Translations under genes and position numbers: made by a program | Origin: an uncultured Methanosarcinales archaeon | GTDB taxonomy: Archaea > Nanobdellota > Nanobdellia > Woesearchaeales > JACPBV01 | Direction: 5' to 3' | NCBI GenBank assembly: GCA_964577685.1 | Contig: CAZNZT010000004.1 | Span: forward strand, 1 to 64,000 | DNA length: 64,000 nucleotides | The notes under the pieces: generated by a model | The model's database searches: none | Told to the model about the DNA's origin: nothing | What the model saw: the letters and a program-made list of their open reading frames with translations, nothing else | Part shown: positions 58,321-64,000 of the stretch, in pieces | Position numbering within the stretch: the first letter of the stretch is position 1 | How the letters are laid out: each line of letters begins with the position of its first letter

Positions 58321-61300
58321 TTAAGGAGTTCTTTTCAACTCTTCTTGCAGAACGGGTATTATTGTTGCTGTATTACTTTCAATTTGTCCTAATATCTTAG
58401 CAAGACCAGCAATACCTCCAAGTTGCTCCCGTGCTGCTGGTATTTCTCCATCTGCTACTGAGTTGAACAGCTTAATTATCTTTTTAAGCATGTTCTTAAA
58501 TTTTCTATTTGGTTGCTTAGTTAGAAGTTTATTAATATGCTTAATTATTTTATTTTCTTTTTTTAATCTTTTTATTAGTGGATTTCTTTCTCCTAGAAGA
58601 AGTTTAATCCAGTGGATTAGCACTTCATTTGCTCCTCTTATTGAACTTAAATTCTTATGGAACTCAGAACCTTCTTTTGTAATACCTTTTATGGTTTTGT
58701 CTCTTCTCTCTTCACTGAGGGATTCTGCTATCTTCCCAATTGCTTCTTTTTTAACTTCATAATTCTCTCTTATTTGCTCTTCTTCTGACTTCCCTATATC
58801 ATTTATTATTGCTTCTATCTTTTCTCTTATTCCTTTTGCATCCTTTCCAATCTCTTCTAATATCTGAGCAAGGTCAGCAATACCTCCAAATTGTTCCCAT
58901 GCTGCTGGTATTTCATCCTCTGCTATTTTACTGAATAAAGAACCTATACCATCTAATATCTTGCCAGTTTCTTGTGTTTCAATAGCGCTTATAATTGCTC
59001 TAATTGCTTGATTCTCTTGGTCTAGTATTCCTATTAGTGTATTTCCTCTATCTCCTAATAATGAGTTGACGAGGCTAATTAATGTATTATTGTATGGAAT
59101 CAACCTCCCTATGAGATTTATTATGTTAGTTCGGGACACCGTATTCCCAGAACCAGGAAGTAAGATTTGAACGCCTTTTTCTCTAAACTGATGTGCTATA
59201 TTAAGTATTGCGGTTTTTTTGCTATCATAGTTCTTTTTTATTGCTTCTAGTATATCTCTAATCCTTTTTGACTCTTTCCTTATTGCTTCTAGCTTCTTTA
59301 TTATCCTTTCTGCATCTGTTTCAATCTTGATTAATATATCATTACCTTTTTTATCCTTACCGATTATACCTCCAAGTTGTCTTTTTGCTTCTTTTATTTC
59401 TGTAATTATTCGCTCAAATAAATAAATCATGTGTCCTAACACTATATCTATATCTTTTCCTTTATCAGGATTTATGATTCCTTCTTCAATTACCTGATTT
59501 TCTTGCTCTAGTATCATTATCAGAGTGTTTCCTCTATTTCCTAATAATGAGGAAATGATGTTGATGAGGGCTTTGTTATACTCTTTTATACCTCTAGTTA
59601 GGGCATTTACCCATCTTTCTAGAAAGTCCTTTTTCTTTAAAGCAAGAACTAAGCTTTGAGTATCTTTTTCTTGTAAGTAGTTTGCTATGGTTCTGATTGC
59701 GGTTTTTTTGCCACTATATATGTTTCTTATCTGTTCCTTTAGTTCCCTTATCTCATTTTCTAGCTTTTTTCTTATTCCTTCTGCATTATTTTTGATTTCT
59801 TTTAATATCTCAGCAAGGTCAGCAATACCTCCAAATTGTTCCCATGCTGCTGGTATTTCTTTCAATGCTATTTTACTGAATAAAGAACCTATACCATCTA
59901 ATATCTTACCAATTTCTTGTGTTTCAATAGCGCTTATAATTGCTCTAATTGCTTGATTTTCTTCCTCTAGTATTCCTATTAGTGCATTTCCTCTATCTCC
60001 TAATAATGGGGAGATGTTTTTAATGAGTTTTGTATTGTAGTATTTTATATATTCACTTAGACGCTTTAACCAATTTTCTAGAAAGTTATTATCTCTGAAA
60101 TCAAGAACTAAGCTTTGAGCATCTTTTTCTTGTAGGTAGTTTGCTATGGTTCTGATTGCGGTTTTTTTGTCATCATAGTTGTTTTTTATTTCTTCTGATC
60201 TTTCAATCCTTTTTAACTCTTTCCTTATTGCTTCTAGCTTTTTTCTTATTCCTTCTGCCTCCTCTCCAATTTTTCCTAATATCTGAGCAAGACCAGCTAT
60301 ACCCCTAAGTTGTTCTTGTGCTGCAGGTATTTCTCCCTCTGATATTAATCTAAACAGATAAGGCATATGTCTATAAACCTTATCTTGTAATCCCTTATCA
60401 GTTTCTTGTGTTTCAATAGCGCTTATAATTGCTTTAATTGCTTGATTTTCTTGCTCTAGTATTCCTATTAGTGTATTTCCCCTATCTCCTAATAATGAGG
60501 AGATGTTTCCAGTTAGTTCACTGTTGTATTTAACTATATACACCTTTAGGAGATTTAATAGCCAATTTAAGGCTTGTTTATTTCTGAAAGCAGGAAGCAA
60601 GGTTTGAGCATCATTCCTCTGGAGGTGTGTTGCTATGGTTCTGATTGCGGTTTTTTTGCCACTATATATGTTTCTTATCTGTTCCTTTAGTTCCCTTATC
60701 TCATTTTCTAGCTTTTTTCTTATTCCTTCTGCATTATTTTTGATTTCTTTTAATATCTCAGCAAGGTCAGCAATACCTCCAAATTGTTCCCATGCTGCTG
60801 GTATTTCTTTCAATGCTATTTTACTGAATAAAGAACCTATACCATCTAATATCTTACCAATTTCTTGTGTTTTAATAGCATTTGTGATTTCTTCAATAAT
60901 TTGATTCTCTTGGTTTAATGCCTCTATTAGTTTGTTTCCTCTGTCTTTTAGTAATAAGGATATAGTTTTGATGAGTATAGTGTTGTATCTACTTATATAC
61001 TCTCTTGAAACATTTAATAACCAAGTTAGAACTACTCTTTGAGCACCTTTTTTTTGTAAGTAGTTTGCTATAGCTTTGATTGCATCTCTTTTTTTATTAT
61101 ATATTTTTATTATAATTTCTATCTTTTTCCTATCTTCCTTCAATATGCATCCATATAGTTCTAATATCTTTTTTTCCAATTCAGGTACAATCTTCCTGTT
61201 GCTTTTTATTGCATCTAGTATTCCTAACAACTCCTCTATAATCCTATTTTGCTCTTTTAGTAATGCCTTATAATCTTGGACTTCTGTTGTGTTTCCAATA

Positions 61301-62262
61301 TTTTCCATTATTCTTTCATTTATCTCTTTTAACTTTTTAAGAACCTCTTCAAGATTCTTGCGTCTCTTTTTATTTTTTTCTGTATCTATGTAAGCCTGTT
61401 TTCCCTCTTCGAATACTCCTTCATCTTTTAGAGCCTTGTAGATTTTTATTAGCTTTTCAAGTAGCTTTTTTTTGGATTTCTGGCGTTCTTTCATTCCTGA
61501 TTTTTTGTAGGCCCGCCCAATAACTATTGCAGCTACAGCGACTATAGCTAGCCCTATGTATTTTAGGATTTCTAAGTTGAGCTTACTTGCTTTCTTTGGT
61601 TTTCTGCTTGGAGGAGGGGGTTTTTCCTCTGTTGGTTCTCTAGATTCAGGTTGTTCTTCTTTCGGTTTTCCTGCTGCTTGCTTTCTTGGTATTGTTCCTG
61701 GTTCTGTGGGCCATGGTTTTTCAATACTGCTTATGCCCCCTACCCAATCACTAAAGTCTCCTAAGACCTCAAGTGGCTTTCCTTCTTCAGCTAGGTTTCT
61801 TAGAAGCCAGAATGAGGTTATTATAATTAGTATCCCCAGAATCAGTGCTAATAACTTGTTTTTTATTATTTTTGAGATTATTGAGTAAAGTATTGCTAGT
61901 ATCACAACAAATATCAAGAACCATAGGATATAGCTGAGATTAATAAAGGAAAATCTTTTACTATATACTATTGCAATTGATGACAATAAAGCAGCAGCAA
62001 AGGCAAAAGTCATATGTGGTCTTGTGAGTTTGTTAAATGCTTTCTTCATTCCTATCAGATATGCTGAAAAGAACAATAGGAAGAATATAAAGAAGAGCAA
62101 TGTTTTCTCGTAGGAACCTAATCCACCCCTGAGTAAGTTTTCAAACCCCCTTAAGCTATTCGCAAACGCATTGCTTATCCTCCCAGCGTTTACACTTAGT
62201 GGAAGAATACTGAGCAGCAACATTGTTAAAATGATTAACAGAGTTATCTGTTTTTTTCTCAT
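58321..62262 (-). CDS. 1313-aa membrane protein with about six ~150-aa alpha-helical repeats
   Basis: Signal peptide plus about five TM segments, Pro-rich linker, then repeats KKTAIRTIA...LLGDRGN...EIPAAWEQFGGIA. Confidence 0.85.
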   Translation of the reverse strand: MRKKQITLLIILTMLLLSILPLSVNAGRISNAFANSLRGFENLLRGGLGSYEKTLLFFIFFLLFFSAYLIGMKKAFNKLTRPHMTFAFAAALLSSIAIVYSKRFSFINLSYILWFLIFVVILAILYSIISKIIKNKLLALILGILIIITSFWLLRNLAEEGKPLEVLGDFSDWVGGISSIEKPWPTEPGTIPRKQAAGKPKEEQPESREPTEEKPPPPSRKPKKASKLNLEILKYIGLAIVAVAAIVIGRAYKKSGMKERQKSKKKLLEKLIKIYKALKDEGVFEEGKQAYIDTEKNKKRRKNLEEVLKKLKEINERIMENIGNTTEVQDYKALLKEQNRIIEELLGILDAIKSNRKIVPELEKKILELYGCILKEDRKKIEIIIKIYNKKRDAIKAIANYLQKKGAQRVVLTWLLNVSREYISRYNTILIKTISLLLKDRGNKLIEALNQENQIIEEITNAIKTQEIGKILDGIGSLFSKIALKEIPAAWEQFGGIADLAEILKEIKNNAEGIRKKLENEIRELKEQIRNIYSGKKTAIRTIATHLQRNDAQTLLPAFRNKQALNWLLNLLKVYIVKYNSELTGNISSLLGDRGNTLIGILEQENQAIKAIISAIETQETDKGLQDKVYRHMPYLFRLISEGEIPAAQEQLRGIAGLAQILGKIGEEAEGIRKKLEAIRKELKRIERSEEIKNNYDDKKTAIRTIANYLQEKDAQSLVLDFRDNNFLENWLKRLSEYIKYYNTKLIKNISPLLGDRGNALIGILEEENQAIRAIISAIETQEIGKILDGIGSLFSKIALKEIPAAWEQFGGIADLAEILKEIKNNAEGIRKKLENEIRELKEQIRNIYSGKKTAIRTIANYLQEKDTQSLVLALKKKDFLERWVNALTRGIKEYNKALINIISSLLGNRGNTLIMILEQENQVIEEGIINPDKGKDIDIVLGHMIYLFERIITEIKEAKRQLGGIIGKDKKGNDILIKIETDAERIIKKLEAIRKESKRIRDILEAIKKNYDSKKTAILNIAHQFREKGVQILLPGSGNTVSRTNIINLIGRLIPYNNTLISLVNSLLGDRGNTLIGILDQENQAIRAIISAIETQETGKILDGIGSLFSKIAEDEIPAAWEQFGGIADLAQILEEIGKDAKGIREKIEAIINDIGKSEEEQIRENYEVKKEAIGKIAESLSEERRDKTIKGITKEGSEFHKNLSSIRGANEVLIHWIKLLLGERNPLIKRLKKENKIIKHINKLLTKQPNRKFKNMLKKIIKLFNSVADGEIPAAREQLGGIAGLAKILGQIESNTATIIPVLQEELKRTP
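59682..60872. repeat. Identical ~243-bp intragenic direct repeat (59682-59924 and 60630-60872; period 948 bp)
   Basis: Direct reading of both copies; the antisense shadow ORFs at 59687 and 60635 translate almost identically. Confidence 0.9.
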
Positions 62263-62780
62263 TTTATAGCTTCCTCTATAGCGTTAATTACAATATCTTC
62301 TCCAAACAGTACATCACCTTTTCTTATTATTTCCCTTATCTCTTCTTTGCTTTTCAATGCTCCTACAAATTCTTCTTCATAAATGCAGGTTAGGTTTATA
62401 TTGTTGAGCTCCCTCATACATATATCCCTTACAGCTTCCTTGTCACTTGTTATAACAAGAAGATTCTTACCATCAAATATAGCTGATTTACTTTCTTTTT
62501 TTATTTTATTTGTTTCTATTTTTTGATTATAAAAGTCAATCAGGGCTATTGCTGCTAGATGCTTAGCCACGCTGTTTTCAAGGTTTATCTGATAGAAAAG
62601 CCCAGTTCCTAACTTTTCAGCCTTTACTATATTGTCTTTTTCCAATTTTTTTAGGACAGCATGGATTCCTGTAGGGCTTGTTTTTAGCTCTGATGCAATA
62701 CCCCTTATAGTTAGTTTTCTTGAGAAATTCCTGATTAGAAAAGAGATTAGTCTAAAGCCATTTTTGCTTATTGACTCCAT
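62259..62780 (-). CDS. Winged-HTH regulator fused to an apparently inactive nucleotidyltransferase-like domain
   Basis: LTIRGIASELKTSPTGIHAVLKKLEKDNIV HTH; C-terminal SAIFDGKNLLVI...GDVLFGED lacks the GS and DxD motifs; overlaps the start of the 1313-aa gene by 4 nt. Confidence 0.7.
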   Translation of the reverse strand: MESISKNGFRLISFLIRNFSRKLTIRGIASELKTSPTGIHAVLKKLEKDNIVKAEKLGTGLFYQINLENSVAKHLAAIALIDFYNQKIETNKIKKESKSAIFDGKNLLVITSDKEAVRDICMRELNNINLTCIYEEEFVGALKSKEEIREIIRKGDVLFGEDIVINAIEEAIK

Positions 62781-62960
62781 CGTTTTATACTTTATTAGAG
62801 CAATTATTTAAATTTTTCTATTTTTTGTTATATAAATTTTTACATAAATTTCATTTTTTATATCAAAAACAATAATTTTTTTAATAGGAATTTAATAAAT
62901 TATTACATAGAATTACTTTATTATAACTATCGTAATAAAAATTATAACAATAGTTCTAAA

Positions 62961-64000
62961 TTAATCTACTATACTCATATGCTCGTTTTTGCTTATTCTT
63001 ATTACATTGTCTACAAAGCTTTCTATCTTTGGCTCGTGGGACACGATTATAATTTGCCTTATACCTAGTTGCTCAAGAACTGTTCTTATCTTGTCTAGCT
63101 GTTCTGATGAGAATCCATCTGTAGGTTCATCAAGCATCAGAATATCTTTTGTTTTTATCTGTGAAACAACATCATTTACCACTTTGTTTAACGCTAACCT
63201 GTATGCTAGGGCTACTGCTGTTCTTTCTCCTCCAGAGAGGTTTTCAATGGATGTTTCATATCCATTTTGTTCTATAATTGGTGTAAAATCATTGTCTAAT
63301 CTTACATTTAGGCTTTCATCTTCTATTAGAATATTAAACCATTGTTGGAACAGCTGATTGAATTCCATGTAGACTTGCAGCATAACATGTTTTTCTATAT
63401 TTTCCATCAGTTTAATAAAATGTTCCTCTATCCAGTTTTTATATTGAGAAACAACCTTTAATAAGGATTTAATCTTCAGTTTTCTTTCTATCTCTTCTTC
63501 AATCTTCTTCACGATTCTGGTGATTTCATTTATTTTTACTTCTAATTCCCTCTTTTCTATCTCTACTTTTTTTTCTTTCTCTAATGTTGAGTCCAGTTCT
63601 GTTTTGATTTTTCTATACTCTTGCTCTACATCTTTTATTCTTTCAATCTCTTCATTTAGTTTTATTTTCTTTGTGTTTATTTCTCCTATTCTCTTTTTAA
63701 TTTCGTTTTGTTCTTTTTCAATTAGCTTTACCTTCTCTTCCTTTTCTTGTAGCGTTCTTTTCTTAACTTCTATGGCTTTTACTTCTATCTGTTTTTTTCT
63801 CAGCTCTTTTAATCCTTCTTCAATCTGTAGCAACCTTTTTTTGTTTTCTTCCTCTTCTTTTTTTATGACCTCCTGTTTTTTTCTCAGCTCTTTTATCTTT
63901 TCCTCTTCAGCTTCTTCTATGCTTTTTTTGTGTTCCTCTCTAACATCCTGCAAACAGGTTGGACATTTTTTTATTTTTCTTATCTTTTCAACAGTTTCTT
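62961..64000 (-). CDS. rad50: Rad50/SbcC ATPase, C-terminal half (truncated by the window edge)
   Basis: KCPTCLQ zinc hook near 63950-63970, coiled coil, LSGGE signature, LMLDEPT Walker B and IVSH. Confidence 0.9.
   Translation of the reverse strand, partial: ETVEKIRKIKKCPTCLQDVREEHKKSIEEAEEEKIKELRKKQEVIKKEEEENKKRLLQIEEGLKELRKKQIEVKAIEVKKRTLQEKEEKVKLIEKEQNEIKKRIGEINTKKIKLNEEIERIKDVEQEYRKIKTELDSTLEKEKKVEIEKRELEVKINEITRIVKKIEEEIERKLKIKSLLKVVSQYKNWIEEHFIKLMENIEKHVMLQVYMEFNQLFQQWFNILIEDESLNVRLDNDFTPIIEQNGYETSIENLSGGERTAVALAYRLALNKVVNDVVSQIKTKDILMLDEPTDGFSSEQLDKIRTVLEQLGIRQIIIVSHEPKIESFVDNVIRISKNEHMSIVD

Noticed and set aside
59682..60872. Repeat pair as a diversity-generating retroelement TR/VR or a CRISPR array
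   Set aside because: Copies are identical, in frame and coding, with no adenine-specific mismatches, no reverse transcriptase, no spacers and no cas genes in the window.
62917..62939. Inverted repeat TTTATTA-N9-TAATAAA between rad50 and the wHTH gene
   Set aside because: Only A/T bases in a very AT-rich spacer; not distinguishable from chance.

Overview
AT-rich (roughly one-third GC by eye) chromosomal segment of an archaeon. Evidence: TATA/BRE promoters, GGAGGTGA ribosome-binding sites, the ftsZ-secE-spt5-rpl11 block, class I LysRS, archaeal D-aminoacyl-tRNA deacylase, Rad50 and two tRNAs with bulge-helix-bulge introns. Many ORFans, giant surface proteins and bacterial-type genes (lspA, nrdR, purN, purH, folC, folD, bacterial-type metK, groESL, hpt, mtnA) suggest a DPANN lineage, probably Woesearchaeota; this placement is inference. 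I found no CRISPR array, rRNA, transposase, integrase or reverse transcriptase. Most notable items: (1) a 54-aa ribbon-helix-helix gene missing from the ORF track heads an operon of two giant cadherin/Ig-like proteins and a VWA protein, with a duplicated three-half-site operator; a membrane-anchored Zn phospholipase C/nuclease and further secreted repeat proteins lie next to it (about 16.4-33.2 kb, a candidate host-interaction island). (2) A 1313-aa membrane protein with six mosaic helical repeats is coupled to a wHTH regulator, and is followed by a hairpin leader and two unannotated micro-ORFs. (3) A tandem pair of divergent CoiA-like paralogues. (4) Readable cis-regulatory sites: paired NrdR boxes, a motif shared by metK and a radical SAM gene, and an ArsR operator. 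(5) A D-loop intron in tRNA-Glu and a T-arm mimic inside the tRNA-Met intron. Product calls come from recognising motifs by eye; no database searches were run.
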